A stretch of DNA of 64,000 bases, taken from Lama glama (taxonomy: Eukaryota). Each line of letters opens with the position of its first letter. Positions within the stretch are counted from its first letter, which is position 1. The DNA is taken from the NCBI GenBank assembly GCA_028534125.1, contig CM052816.1:39992001-40056000 (forward strand), read 5' to 3'. The position numbers were made by a program, and so were the translations under genes. A model generated the notes under the pieces. It was not told where the DNA came from and searched no databases. It worked only from the letters and a program-made list of their open reading frames with translations. This document shows positions 13,091-26,679 of this stretch, one piece after another.

Positions 13091-14876
13091 ACTTACCGAC
13101 AAAGTTTACCAAAGTACAGTGTATCCGGTTTTTTTGTATGTGTTTGTGACTTTTTGTCCAACACAGTAATTACTTGTCTGTCTAAAAATTCTTCGTGATA
13201 CCAAGTTATATTATTTCTAGTCCTTTTATATCAATACAGTCCCATTTACTACTAACTATGTATAATTAGGCCACATTTTTCTAACATATTCTACTAGAAC
13301 ATAATCCCCCCGATGACAGACTTAGTCATACTTGTTGAGTATTCCCAATGTAGTAAGTGGAAATAAACAACAAAAATCTAGGCTAGGAGAGTGGCAGAAT
13401 CCAAAGATAATAGAAGAAAATAATGAAGTAACCAGAAAAAAGGGTTCCAAGAAGGGACTTAGGAAATTGATCTTGGAGAGAGTCCTTAAAATGCTAGACA
13501 TAAATGCACATAGATTTAATATGTGCCTATACCTTCAACAGTAGGTTAATAGGAACTCAAAAGTTAATTAAGGTTGTTCAAGTACTATAGATGAGGTAAC
13601 AGAGACTTCAGGTAAGGAAGGGGTAATTTCTGGGTAATGAGAGAAATAGCTAATCTTACTTATTTGTTCATTGATATTGTTCTATCATTGTACAACCACT
13701 TTAAAATTCATACTATCCACCAACTTGCTAAAGAGTCACAGATGACAAATGTGGGGACCTGCCATAAAGCTGTTACTGTCTTACAGGACAGTGTACTTTC
13801 TTAAGGCAGATGTGATTTTAAAATGAAGAAATGGATGTTTTGAGAGTGGATAAATGGATGGTTATGACTTTTGAGAAGGAAAGAAAAGGACAAAATTTAC
13901 ATCATGCAAGAGCACTTTAGATGTTCCCATGTATTGTGGACTGTGTGCTGAATAATTTGGTTAAGTTTGGATAAATCATGTGTCAGTCTTTCCAGAAAGC
14001 TTGAAACAAATATTAGCTGTTCCTTTGTTCAAACAATTATTACTGAAAAGGATAATAAAAACGTGACCCTTCTGATCCCACGATGAAGCGAGGTCTATGC
14101 AGGTACGGGACTGCAAGTAGAGTTAGTATTTGACTGTGTATGATTTGTTACCAGTCATTTGAAATTCAGTCCAAACTTCATGTGAGGGTTGCAAAAAAGT
14201 CAGAGCCTCCCACACTGTCTGAAGGTGAAAGTGTTACAATTTTGGTCTTAGAGAGAAGACAGAATTATTGATGCACCAAATATGCAGAACTCTGGCAAAA
14301 TTCCAGTTGAATTTTTTCATGTTCAATCTATGCATTGTTTATGATGCTCAATTTACGATTCAGATTTTTAGATGGGCTCAGAGCAGGGTAAAAGGAAGCA
14401 AGGGATAGTCAATGTCTTTTTTGGAATTTTAGGATTCCTATAAAACAAATAAGTCTTCCTTTGAAGTTCTGCCTGTAAGCTTTTCAAAATTAATATTTTT
14501 GAGTTTGACTGTCAATGCATTTCATAAATACAGTTGGCATCTTTTTAATATTGTAATGGCTTGTATAATTAAAACACAATCAACATCTTGTTACACTCTG
14601 CAAGTACTAAATTATTCTTTTCATTAAATTTAGCTCATATCTTAAAATGAAGTCATTGCATATATGAATAATAAAATTACAGAATGATTTCCAACTTAAA
14701 TTTGTACTACAGATATTTCCAACTCCTTATGTGCTTATTTTGTAGCCTCTCTGAATATTTCAAATATTTCATGATGAAGTATTATTTATTTTGAAAGTAA
14801 TGCTATATGTCTCAGTCAATGATTACATACCAAATACATGCTTACAGCAGTCTAAAACAAATGTACACTCATGAAT

Positions 14877-15450
14877 GTATCAGTCACGTTTCACCCAGAG
14901 ACCATTGAGGGAAATATTAAGGATTTGTTAAAGAGAATTGCTTTACACAATTGTGGAGGTTAGTTAAGTGGTCCTTGTAATGCTGTTGTTGCAATATCAG
15001 ATACTGATGCTTGAACACATAGGACAGGCGTGAGGAAAGGAAGATCACTGAGTAGGCTGAAATCCCTAGGCACTAGCTGGAACTCAAAAGGATGGACTAA
15101 AATCTATGCCCATTATTATTGCCTTCGACCTTGGTGACAAGGTTATCCTGAAGAAATCAGTGTCCTTTTCCAAGGCTCTTCCCTGCAAAACTAAATGCAC
15201 ACCTGGCCCAGTGGTTAAAGAAACTGAAAGAGGATCTAGGTAAGATAGAGCAAGTGTAGGCCCACTGCAGCTTCACGTTAACAAAGTGAATCAAAAAATA
15301 CACAACCAGTGTACGAACTATATGATTACTGCTCCCTCTGTCCTCCTAATCTAGCAAGAATGTCCCTTTTGTCCACCCCCCAAACATACAAGAGGTGGAT
15401 TCTGGGAAATTGGGTTTGGCTTAGCTAAACTGACACATTCCAAAGCCTCA
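14877..15450 (-). mobile_element. ancient ERVL-class solo LTR
   Basis: Starts tgtatcagtca...aaggatttgtt...ttacacaattgtggagg and ends attctgggaaatt...agctaaactgacaca, the reverse-orientation pattern of MLT2/LTR33/LTR41-like LTRs. Confidence 0.6.
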
Positions 15451-15834
15451 CTGTGACTTTGACATCTAAAAAAATGTATGTAGCCAATTGCACAGTAACG
15501 ATTTTTTCGAACAGTGATAACTCATCCACTGATTAATGTTCAGCCCATGCTTCATGTAGTTTAGCCAAGCCTAGTTATGAATCTGTTAATAACCTCCTCA
15601 CTGATTTCTGTGTTCTATCATATAGGCGGGGTGAGGGGGCCAGATAGAAGGAAATGTAAGGGAAAGAATTCTGTTCATGTCTCATGACAGTTATTTTTCT
15701 GAGAATGAAATTCTGAAAATGAAAATGGTCCCTGGCAGTATCAGCTTATTAAAATATATATGATTAATTTAATTACCTGTTGATAACTCATGATTCAGAA
15801 ATTATCACTTCTTTCCCTTAATTATTTAATGTAT

Positions 15835-15995
15835 TTAAAAATCAAATTTGCTATTTAAAGACAATTGTGGAGTTACAGGCAGTTGTAAGAAATACTGACA
15901 GATGCCATATACTCTTGATCTGGTTTCCCAGAATTGCTAAAGGCTTCCAAAACTATTGTAAAATATCACAATCAGAATGTTGACATTGATACAGT
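15835..15995 (-). mobile_element. old L1 3' end fragment (L1MC/MD-like)
   Basis: ttacaggcagttgtaagaaatactgacaga...aaaactattgtaaaatatcacaatcagaatgttgacattgatacagt. Confidence 0.65.
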
Positions 15996-15999
15996 TCCC

Positions 16000-16215
16000 A
16001 TACTGGGTACTTGTGACCACATAGTCTCCCTGTGTTCCTACAGCCTAAGAATAGAATCAGTGCTTGCTATTGCTCATCTTTGGGTTGCTTCAACATTCTT
16101 TGTGCAACTTCTTATCTCTTCCGTCACCTGTGCAATCAATGTGCTGTGTTAAATATCCTCTGATGAAAATACTCAGAGTGCTTTATGTTTTCTTATTTGG
16201 AAACTGACTTGTACG
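16000..16215 (+). mobile_element. ERVL-type LTR 3' fragment (LTR16/LTR33-like)
   Basis: ttaaatatcctctgatgaaaatactcagagtgctttatgttttctt...aactgact..taca resembles an LTR U5 end. Confidence 0.45.
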
Positions 16216-17495
16216 TTCCTTTAGGAGTTTTCCACACTCCTATTACTCACTTGTTTAGGACAAATAATGATTAGGAGTCTGATTTATTGTCTAATTTTTT
16301 GTTCTTCCTGAAGTACTATGATACTGCTGAGCCAGTGAGGACAATGTTTTGTGTCTGTTTTCTTCTGACATTCTGTATCTGTTTTCTATTGGAGACATTT
16401 GAGTAAGAAAAGAACATTTCCCCCTTGCTAGCTCATGAATTTCACAAGTCCGTCAAAATGATAGTCAAGAACAATCACTCTTGTTATGAGCAAGTATTTG
16501 CTTAAAGTTGATCATTATCTTCAGGCTTTTGAATTATTTGTTTATTCTTGTATTTTTTCTCCACTACTCTTTTTAATGAGCTTGAATTATTTTCATAAAG
16601 TAAAAATCACAATTTAAATGAAAGGACAATAAACAATAGATACATTATTTCTTGAAAGTTCATGCACCATTACAATTATAGGAGCCAAACTATCTGTACC
16701 TATTAGCTGATGTCTCCAATGTCATTGATAATAATGTGAAACCATCTTTACATGCCCTGCTCTGACTGTTCATATCTAATATGAGTTCATATATTAAACT
16801 GCCAGAAAGAAACTCAAACTAAGTTATGACTGAAATGATTCTCAGCAGAAAAAAAAAACAAAGTGAATGAAAGCAGACATTAGCTCAAATTAACATGAAT
16901 TTTGCTCAATAATGCAATGCAACATATGTTGTAAAATGTTGAGTTAGACTTTTAATGGATAGAATGCTACTAGGAATATTCAGAGAAGACTTAACTCCTG
17001 AGTTCCATAATATTACTAATTTTAACATTTTGTAGAAAAGGATTATAATAAAAGAAATATATATATATATATGTATCCTACAAAGTATAACAAAGCTAGC
17101 TGTAAATATCTAGAAATATATTTCTTATTTTTACACAAGTTTCTTCTTTCAGAAGAATACAGTAGGACAAAAAGAAACTAGTTGATATATGAAAAACTTA
17201 CAGCATCTATACATTTTCCTCATAATGCATTTATTCATGTAGATATTTTCTTATTTACTCCTCTATTGATTTCCTCTCCCCATGCCCCCCCCCCTCCCTC
17301 TTCCTTTCTCCCTCCCGATTCTCTCCCTCCCCATGAAAGGAATAAAATATGTAAGGTATTTTCTTTCTTTCGTGACCAAGGACAGGAATAAAATAAGATA
17401 AACCTTCATTCTCTCTTGTTTTGCTCAGGAAAAAAAAAGTTTCTGGAAAATGTGAGTTGAAAGAGATGCTGAGCTTTTGTGATTTTTATTAAGCC

Positions 17496-17992
17496 TGTCA
17501 ACTGAAATAAATGCACAGCCTAAAAGTTGAGAGTTATGTTTTATTCGGCGGACATTTATGAGGACTGAACCCGTTTGAGCCGGGATGACAGACTCTCAGA
17601 TCGCTCTGAGAAACTGCTCCAAAGAGGTAGGGGAGGAGTCAGGATATATAGGGGTTTTACAACAAAGAGCAGGTAGCTGGAACATCAAGGTTTCTGTTAA
17701 AGAAAGCCAGGTATCTCAAGTTAAAGAATTTAACACTTTTCCATGTATAGGAAGGAGCAAACGTCTGGGCTCCTTGAAATCATTCCTTTGACAAGCACCT
17801 AGCTATCTAGGGCCAGTATCCTGTCCTTTCACATTCTGAGTCCCTTCAGAGTGCACCACTGTGGGTGATTGCAGAGGCAGAGGCTGGGCTGCAGGCATGT
17901 CTTCACTGGGGGGGGTGGCCGCAGCTGTTGACGACTTGATGGCTTCAGCATTCTTTGTTTACTGATACGGCCTGCAGTTGTTTTTGTTTACA
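17496..17992 (-). mobile_element. ERV1-class solo LTR (MER41-like cetartiodactyl family)
   Basis: TG...CA ends (tgtcaac...tttaca) and a perfect 4-bp TSD agcc (17492-17495, 17993-17996). TATA-like (~17645) and AATAAA (~17545) signals lie on the minus strand. Confidence 0.88.
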
Positions 17993-18040
17993 AGCCCAGT
18001 GTGTTGATAAAAATCTGAGTAGTTCAGAGAAAGTTGTTCT

Positions 18041-19214
18041 ACTTTTTTAATTGAAGTATAGATAGTTTACAATGTTGTATCAATTTCTGGTGTACAGCAC
18101 AATGCTTCAGTCATACATGAACATACATGTATTCGTTGTCATGTTCTTTTTCATTATAAGTAACTACAAGATATTGAATATAGTTCCCTGTGCTATACAG
18201 TATAAACTTGTTGTTTATCTATTTTACATATAGCAGTTAGTATCTCCAAATCTCAAACTCTCAATTTATCCCTTCCTATCCCCTTCCCCCCTGGTAATCA
18301 CAAGTTTGTTTTCTATGACTGTGAGTCTGTTACTGTTTTGTAAATAAGTTCGTTTGTCATTTTTAAAAATTCCACATGTGAGTGATATCATATGGTATTT
18401 TTTTTTCTCTTTCTGGCTTATTTCACTTAGAATGACATTCTCCAGTTCCATCCACATTGCTGCAAATGACATTATTTTATTCCTTTTTATGGCTGAGTAG
18501 TATTCCATTGTATAAATACACAACTTCTTTATCTAGTCCTCTGTCAATGGACATTTAGGGTTCCCTTTTCTCCACACCATCTTCAGCATTTATCATTTGT
18601 GTACTTTTGAATGATGGCCATTCTGACTGGTGTGAGGTGATATATCATAGTAGTTTTGAGTTGCATTTCCCTGATAATTAGTGATATTGAGCATTTTTTC
18701 GTGTGCTTATTGGCCATTTGTATGTCTTCATTGGAGAATTACTTGTTTAGGTCTTCTGCCCAGTTTTGGATTGGGTTGTTTGTTTGTTTTTTCTATTAAG
18801 TTGTATAAGCTGTTTATATATTCTGGAAATTAAGCCCTTGTCAGTCTCTTCTTTTGCAAATATTTTCTCCCATTCAATAGGTTGTCTTTTTGTTTTGCTT
18901 ATGCTTTCTTTTGCTGTGCAAAAGCTTATAAGTTTAATTAGGTCTCATTTGTTTATTTGTGCTTTAATTTCTATTGCCTGGGTAGACTGCCCTAGGAGAA
19001 CACTGCTGAGATTTATGTCAGGTAATGTTTTGCCTATGTTTTCTTCTGAGAGGTTTATTGTGTCTTGTCTTACGTTTAAGTCTTTAAGCCATTTTGAGTT
19101 TATTTTTATGTATGGTGTGAAAGAGTGTTCTAACTTCATTGATTTATGTGCTGCTATCCAGTTTTCCCAATACCATTTGCTAAAGAGACTGTCTTTACTC
19201 CATTGTATGTTCTT
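18041..19214 (-). mobile_element. LINE-1, 5'-truncated, with 12-bp TSD and internal deletion
   Basis: ORF2 C-terminal peptides (YTMEYYSAIKRN; KLEHSFTPYIKINSKWLKDLN). TSD gaaagttgttct at 18029-18040 and 19215-19226. T-tract marks the poly(A) end. Confidence 0.96.
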
Positions 19215-19663
19215 GAAAGTTGTTCTTTTTGATAGTTAGTAGCATGTATGTTTCTTCTTTTCCATGGTTTCCCATACAAAGCACCTTTTTTTCTTTATTA
19301 TTCTTGACTTAATCTTCATTTTCTCAAAAACCTCAAGAGAAAAACCTGGTCACCAAAATCCATGTGGTGCAGACCAGTCTAGAAGTATGTGTGAGTCCCA
19401 ATTCTGGGGCCAATAGTTTGGGGAAGCTTCCTTACCTGCCTCATAAAATGAATTTTGAGAAATTGTTCTTCCTACTCCAAAGCAACTTCTATTTAACTCT
19501 GTGCAAGAATCTTCTTGGACAAATAGCCTGGGTCTCTTCTCCCTTTCTCTCTCTCAGGGAAATAAGATGAAAGAGATGAAGAAAAGCAGTAAAAATATAA
19601 CCATAGAAGGTTTCTGAGAAAACCTCTAAGAAACTAGGATTTGAAAAAACAAGTATTCATACC

Positions 19664-20077
19664 TGTTGGAGGACACAATGCGGCAGCCCATAGGTGAGCC
19701 AGTGAAACATGGGTTGGTAAAAGAATTTACCAGAGATTAAGTAAAAGAACAGAAAGGCGTTTATTAGGGTATGCTGTCATAGGCAGCAGCGGGCCACACA
19801 GGCAAGGGGTGCCTGTGGAGCACCAAGGGTCGGTTGTTGGAGTCTTTTATAAGGTCAGGTTTCAAGGTGCCCGATCGGCTTGTGCACAAGTCTCTGTTTG
19901 GTTGTGAGCTAAGAGGTTTAGGGTCTGTGAAGGGCAATGGGATTTGACTCTGATAAGGTAGTCATTACCTGGTGCTATTAGTTTGTTAGGAGAAACATGC
20001 CCAGCAAAGAATGCCACACATTTGAGAGCCCAGAAATGGGGGTCGTTGGACTTTGAAGGATGTTAGTGGGCCCAACA
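19664..20077 (-). mobile_element. solo ERV LTR
   Basis: Terminal inverted repeat tgttgg...ccaaca and a perfect 5-bp TSD atacc (19659-19663, 20078-20082). Minus-strand TATAAAA (~19845) and AATAAA (~19760). Confidence 0.9.
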
Positions 20078-21934
20078 ATACCCAAACCATCTGGCCTGAG
20101 AGCCTACATTCTCTAACATCTGCTGTTAAGACATGTTGTAAATCGTCCCTAATCCCCCTTTCACTATGACTGTTTCCAACAATTTATTGATGGTTTTCTG
20201 CAAGTTTTCTACATTGACCAGTTTGAACTGAAGATCTGCATAAAATACAAGGTGAATAGTTCTAGGTGACTAAATGATGTGATGCTATAATGATGTAGTA
20301 CCTACTCCTGCAGACACCTCAAAGTGAACATGCCAAGCTTCAGGAGTATTACACGCTCATCATTGCGACACAGAGTGTCTGCTAGATTACCAAAATAAGG
20401 TAACTGAAACTTCAATCATGTGCTGAATTAACAGAGACGAAGTAACTACTTTTAAAGTTATCTGTCAAATTGGACAGTTTGTTCATATACCACACACACA
20501 TATACACATTCTTCTGTTATACAAACTCGCAAATTGAGTCTCAAGTTTCACTATCTTCTTTTATTTATGAAAAAGTACATATTCCCTGCTATCTAAATTT
20601 CCATAATATAGTATTAGTTAAAATGTTATATTTTTTACTGTTATAATACTGTTAAATGATATTGTAAACACCTATCAGTAGATAAAATCTAGAATTTTGA
20701 GTATTAAGCTTTAACTGTTGAAAATGTGCAAACTATGTGGAAAATTGAGATTAATATCTAAAGTTTTGAAAGTTATGATGCTATTGGTAAGGAATGAAAA
20801 ATGAAAAGAGCTTTTTAATAGAATTAACAGAACTGTTAAAACTAAAATTTTCAAACTTTATAAATCTTAATTTGTTCACTAAATTATGAGTCAAAGATTG
20901 AGTGTCCACAACCTTAGTAACTATCAAAATCCCAATATTTGAAAATATTTGTTCAGAGAATTAAATTCACTTAAAATTAATTGTGGATTGAAACTGCACA
21001 TTCTCCTTTATTCTGTTATTTTCCAGTTATACTTTTGCATGTGGTAGATCATAAAAGACTTTAATGTTTTCAAAATTGTATTATTTCAAAATCACCAACA
21101 AATGATTATTTAGTGTAACTAGGAAAGTACATTCATATGTACTCTCAATGGGATCAAATGAAGTTTAAGTTATAATCTTATTTTCATTTTATTGGTCTTT
21201 CAACTAAAGACATGTTTAAAAGAACAAGTAAAGAATTTTAAAGTATATACTGGTAGTAAAATAAATTCAAAGAAATTTAATTCATGTAGATTTTCTTTCA
21301 AACTCTTTGAGAGAAAATGAAGGAAAATGTAAATTGCACAAACAGAGGGAAATATTTTTCTAATGGATAAATTTGTTAAAATTAAGACAAAATCTTGAAA
21401 ATTTTCAAACTAACAGCGTATTTACAAAAAATGAATATTTAAACAAATTTATTATAATTTACTCAGAATAGCACCTATGCCTTGATTAGCTTCCGTCTTA
21501 CTAAAATGAAACCATTTTCCTAAAACTAGCCTGATTTCCATGACTTCAATACATATTCATTTCAATTATTACATCTAAGTTGAATGTGGTTTACTCTTTA
21601 GCAACACAAGCCATTTGTTCACACATATACGAAATTCTATTTTGTTACCTAGGAGGATTTTCCTGCTTACTGTGTTTAGTTTATTTATTACTTGTCATAA
21701 TGATATCCTGGAAACTCACAAAAATCACACATCTGTTTTTGCTTTTTTTATTGTTTCTCAATGCATCCTTTTACTGAGTGCCAGTATATTGAATACAATA
21801 TGTAAACAATAAAAAATAATTTTTATGGAAAAAGAAGCAGCCAATCAAAGGAGCCCATAATTTCGACTCTCTTACCGCGGCAGTAACTGCTCCCCTGCTG
21901 CCTGTCATAGTTTACTTACGACTGTTATTTGGTG

Positions 21935-22085
21935 CAGGGATTTTACATATATTCTACTATTTAATTCTTGCAATAATATAGCATAATAAACATGTAATAA
22001 ACATTGTGAATTGAGTAAACTGAGGCTCAGCCAGTTAAGTGGGAAGTATATAGTAAATCAAAGGTATCACTCCAGGGTTGGCTGA
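21935..22085 (-). mobile_element. MIR SINE fragment
   Basis: ttttacatatatt...atttaattcttgcaataa...gagtaaactgaggctcag..agttaagtg. Confidence 0.65.
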
Positions 22086-22090
22086 CTGCC

Positions 22091-22140
22091 CGCACACGCA
22101 CACACACACGCACATGGACACAGGCGCGTGCACACACGCC
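22091..22140. repeat. degenerate (CA)n microsatellite
   Basis: cgcacacgcacacacacacgcacatggacacaggcgcgtgcacacacgc. Confidence 0.8.
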
Positions 22141-22159
22141 ACTTCTATGATATATGCAT

Positions 22160-22580
22160 AGTATGTCTTTCAAGATTCCTCTCAAGAAACAAAAACTACT
22201 CCGTATGTTTCAGTAGAAAGCAATTTAGTAGCCGTAATTAAGCCTTACAGTATCACTGGACATACTGGAGGAGTAAGTGACATTGATTCTTACTCGGACG
22301 TCTTGCTGCAGTAAACAGGCAAGGGAAGAGTGCTGCGGCTGTTACTACCGCAGGCACCACAGCTGCCGCGCTCAGGGAGCTGGTGACTAGGCTCAGGAAC
22401 GTGGAAACTGCCCTTTCCTACTTTCACGTACCACCTTGCTTGCCAGCTGACACAGGAATTGTTTTGGTCTCAGACTTCTTTCAATTTCCAAATCTAAAAG
22501 AATAAATCTTACTGGCAGATCCTGTATAAAAGTCAGACTTTGGGCCACAAGGGAACTGGGAAGTGAGTTGTTAGCTTTAA
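22160..22580 (-). mobile_element. ancient LTR-like element
   Basis: caagaaacaaaaactact...aagggaactgggaagtgagtt pattern seen in old ERVL/Gypsy-like LTRs in reverse orientation. Confidence 0.4.
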
Positions 22581-23329
22581 ATGCTCAGGTATATCTAGGA
22601 GATACCCTTTTGTGTTCAGGAATATCGATGTCTTGACTTGCCATGGGTGTATTTTTACACATTGTGATGGAGTGGATGGAAACTCTGCATTATAATGGCC
22701 CTTGTGGAGCACAATATGTTACGCATTTTCTTAGGCGACATTCCTAGTCCTAGAAGACAGATAACACAAGTGCAGCATAAATTTCGGTAACCTATTAGAT
22801 GTTCAATTTACTCTGTTGAGTAATTGTGTAAAAATAAACATTAGGACTGTATGACAGAGAGAGACTTTGAGGCTGGCATACATATTGTGTATCTGAATCA
22901 GGCTTTTTATATTGCATGCTGAAACATGAAAGAAAAAAATCTTAACGTATGCCAACAAAGACAGGAAGACATCCAATTTTTAGTGCATCTCAGATATGTA
23001 AATACTAGAACTTATTTAGTTTTAAGAAAATGCTGAGGTTCAATTAGTTGAAGAGGTTTTAATGGGGAATGATCTGTTGGAAATGAGAGATGTAATAACT
23101 TTTTATCTAAATTTGTTAAGATTCATACCCTCTCCATGATGTAGCATTTATGTAGTTATCATGGGGATGTCTTTATTGTTCTAGAAGGTGTTACATCTTT
23201 TGACTACTTGATCATGTATAATCTGTATAATTTTGGAGTCCATTTAAATGATTGGTAAAAAAAAATGAAGAGAAGTCAAGTTGTATGGGGAAAATTTCAC
23301 AAGCTACTCAGCAAAAAGAAAAAAAATAA

Positions 23330-23560
23330 TTCATAAAGGTAGAAGAAATACCTTGAAATTAGATTTCTCAACTGTAACGTTGGAGACTATAAGAAAAAGC
23401 AACACTAGGTATAAGCTACTAAGAAAATAGGACTGCAGCCCAACCCTGTACTCAGCCAGATGATTATTCAGCTATCAGAGTTAAAAGATTTAGACCGTGT
23501 TACTTGATATTCAATCTTAGGGAAGCACTTGAAAAAGTATTGTAGTCAGAATTTAAATAA
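23330..23560 (+). mobile_element. very old L1 ORF1 C-terminal fragment
   Basis: ttagatttctcaactgtaacgttggagact...ctaagaaaataggactgcagcccaaccctgtactcagccagatgattattca resembles the L1 ORF1 DFS..TL..R..W..L.E...QPRILYPAKL region. Confidence 0.5.
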
Positions 23561-23774
23561 TTCAGAGAAAAGACCTCATTACAGAGGAAATGAAGCAAGT
23601 AAAAGGAAAAAAGGTGAGTCATGAATCTTGAATTACATGTAGTTAAATCTCAATGGCTGATAATGATTACCATTGGAAATTTTAGGACCAAAACAAGGAT
23701 GTTTTTAAAAGTAGATAAAATTATATACTTTAAAATTTGGAAGTTACTTACTTGGAGAGTTAGTAATGAAAACA

Positions 23775-24225
23775 GTTATTGGTGATTCTAGTTTAATGGA
23801 TATCTGTTGATTTCTCTACTCATTATCCATGATAACAACTTGGATTCACTTTGGGGAATGATTGTAACCCTGCAAATACAGTTTTTGGGGACTAACAATC
23901 AAAATACAAGATACATTTTTATGGCCAACTAGTGAGCACATAATCCAAACGTACCAATGAGACACTCTCTTCCTGGAAGTTGTATTTGAACAGTCTTTAA
24001 TATACTCAACAATAATTAAATCCTCTTACATTACTATAAAGATATTACCCACTTGTGCTAGCTTCCATATTCCCAGAGCCATTGTTTGTGATACTTGCTT
24101 ACTGAGCTTTGCTCCTCTTTCTTTGATTCTATGGACAATTCTATATTCATCCAATGAATTTCTTTATCTGTTTAAATTAGCCAGAGCTGGTTACAGTTGC
24201 TGCACAGAAACAATACACTAACCTA
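23775..24225 (+). mobile_element. MaLR (MLT1J/K-like) LTR
   Basis: 3' end ccaatgaatttctttatctgtttaaattagccagagctggttacagttgctgcac..aaacaatacactaacc is characteristic of old MLT1. Confidence 0.6.
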
Positions 24226-24374
24226 TCTTAAAAAAAAAGTCAGCTCTGTAAGCAATTATGGCGTACTATAAATACACAACAATTTTAAGGGCAGTATTAA
24301 TCATACCTTCATGTATAATGTTTGAAAGGTTTCAAAAAGATAGTTATATATCCAAGTTTGACTGAGAATATTTT

Positions 24375-26476
24375 CATTTTTTTAAGTTGAAATACCATTG
24401 GTTACAATGTGTCAATTTCTGGTATACAGTACAATGTCCCAGTCATGCATATACATACATATATTCGTTTTCATATTTTGTTCATTAAAGGTTATTACAA
24501 GATATTGAACATAGTTCCTTGTGCTATACAGTAGAAACTTTTTAAAATCTATTTTTATATATAGTGGCTAACATTGGTAAATCTCGAAACTCCCAAATTT
24601 ATCCCTTCCCACCACTTTTTGCCAGTAACCATAAGATTGTTTACCATGTCTGTGAATCTGTTTCTGTTTTGTAGATGAGTTCATAGTGTCCTTTTTTAAA
24701 TTTTTAAATTTTTTTAGATTTCACATATGAGTTATATTATATGGTGCTTTTCTTTCTCTTTCTGGCATATTTCACTTAGAATGATGATCTCTAGGTCCAT
24801 CCATGTTGCTGCAAATGGCATTATTTTATTCCTTTTTATGGCTGAGTAGTATTCCCCTGTATAAATATATACAACTTCTTTATCCAGTCATCTGTTGATG
24901 GGCATTTAGATTGTTTCCATATCTTGGCTATTGTATATAGTGCTGCTGTGGACACTGGGGTGCATGTACCTTTTTGAATTAGAGTTCTCTCCAGATATAT
25001 ATCCAGAAGTGGGATTACTGGATCATATGGTAAGTCTATTTTTAGTCTTTTGAGGAATCTCCATACTGCTTTCCACAGTGGCTGCACCAAACTACATTCC
25101 CACCAGTAGTGTAGGAGGGTTCCCTTTTCACCATACCCTCTCCAGCATTTATCATTCATGGACTTTTGAATGATAGCCATTCTCACTGGTGTGGGGTATA
25201 CCTTATTATAGTTTTGATTTACATTTCTCTGACAATTAGCAATATTGAGCATTTTTTCATGTGCCTATTAGCCATTGTATGTCTTCATAGGAGAATTACT
25301 TGTTTAGGTCTTCTGCCCATTTTGGATTGAGTTGTTTTGTTGTTGTTGTTGTTGTTATTAAGTTATATGAGCTGTTTATATATTCTGGAAATTAAGCCTT
25401 TGTCAGTAGCATCATTTGCAAATATTTTCTGCCATTCTATAGGTTGTCTATTTGTTTTGCTTATGGTTTCTTTTGCTGTGCAAAAGCTTATAAGTTTAAT
25501 TAGGTCTCATTTGTTTATTTTGCCCTTATTTCTATTGCCTGGGTAGACTGCCCTAGGAGAACATTGCTGAGATTTATGTCAGATAATGTTTTGCTTATGT
25601 TTTCTTCTAGGAAGCTTATCGTGTCTTGTCTTACATTTAAGTCTTTAAGCCATTTTGAGTTTATTTTTGTGTATGGTGTGAGAGAGTATACTAACTTCAT
25701 TGATTTACATGTGGCTGTCTAGTTTTCCCAACACCATTTGCTGAAGACACTGTCTTTTCTCCATTGTATGTCCTTGCCTCCTTTGTTGGAGATTAACTAA
25801 CCATAGGTGTATGGGTTTATTTATTTAACAGGCTCTCTATTCTGTTCCATTGATCCATATGTCTGTTTTTATGCCAATACTACACTGTTTTGATTACTAT
25901 AGCTCTACTGTATTGTCTGAAGTCTGGGAGGGTTATTCCTCCAGCTTCATTCTTTTTCTTCAGTATTGCTTTGGCAATTCTGGGTCTTTTGTGAGTCCAT
26001 ATAAATTTTAGGATTGTTTATTCTAGTTCTGTGAGAAAGTCCCGGATAATTTGATAGGGATTGCATTAAATCTGTGGATTGCCTTGGGCAGTATGGCCAT
26101 TTTAACAATATTGATTCTTCCACCCCAAGAACATGGGATATCTTTCCATTTCTTTAAGTCATCTTTAATTTCCTTAATCAAAGTTTTGTAGTTTTCCATA
26201 TATAAGACTTTTACCTCCTTGGTCAGATTTATTCCTAAGTATTTTATTGTTCTGCATGTGATTTTAAAAAAGGATTATTTCTTTACTTTCTTTTCCTGCT
26301 AATTCATTGTTAGTGTAAAGAAATGCAACTGATTTTTGTATGTTAATCTTGTATCCTGCTACCTTGCTGAATTCTTTTACCAGCTCTAGTAGTTTTGTGA
26401 GGAGCTTTTAGAGTTTTCTATACATAGTATCATATCATCCACATGTAGTGACAATTTTACTTCTTCTCTTCCAATT
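24375..26476 (-). mobile_element. LINE-1, 5'-truncated (RT domain to 3' UTR), decayed
   Basis: Collinear with the copy at 1-2010. ORFs 24836-25252 ([17 protein letters not shown]...[15 protein letters not shown]) and 25515-25700. T-tract at 24378. Confidence 0.96.
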
Positions 26477-26679
26477 ACATAATTATTTTTAATTCTATCA
26501 AATAAATTAAAAATCATTATCCTTGAAAGGTTTTAAAAGTAAATAATATTTGTTTGAAACTGAGTATAAAAAGATGTTAACTGATTATTTTTCAAATCTG
26601 TTGCATAAATGAGACTGAATGAAAAACATTTGCAAGCTATACAAAAATGTAATTAAATATTTATAGTTAAAAGAATAGG

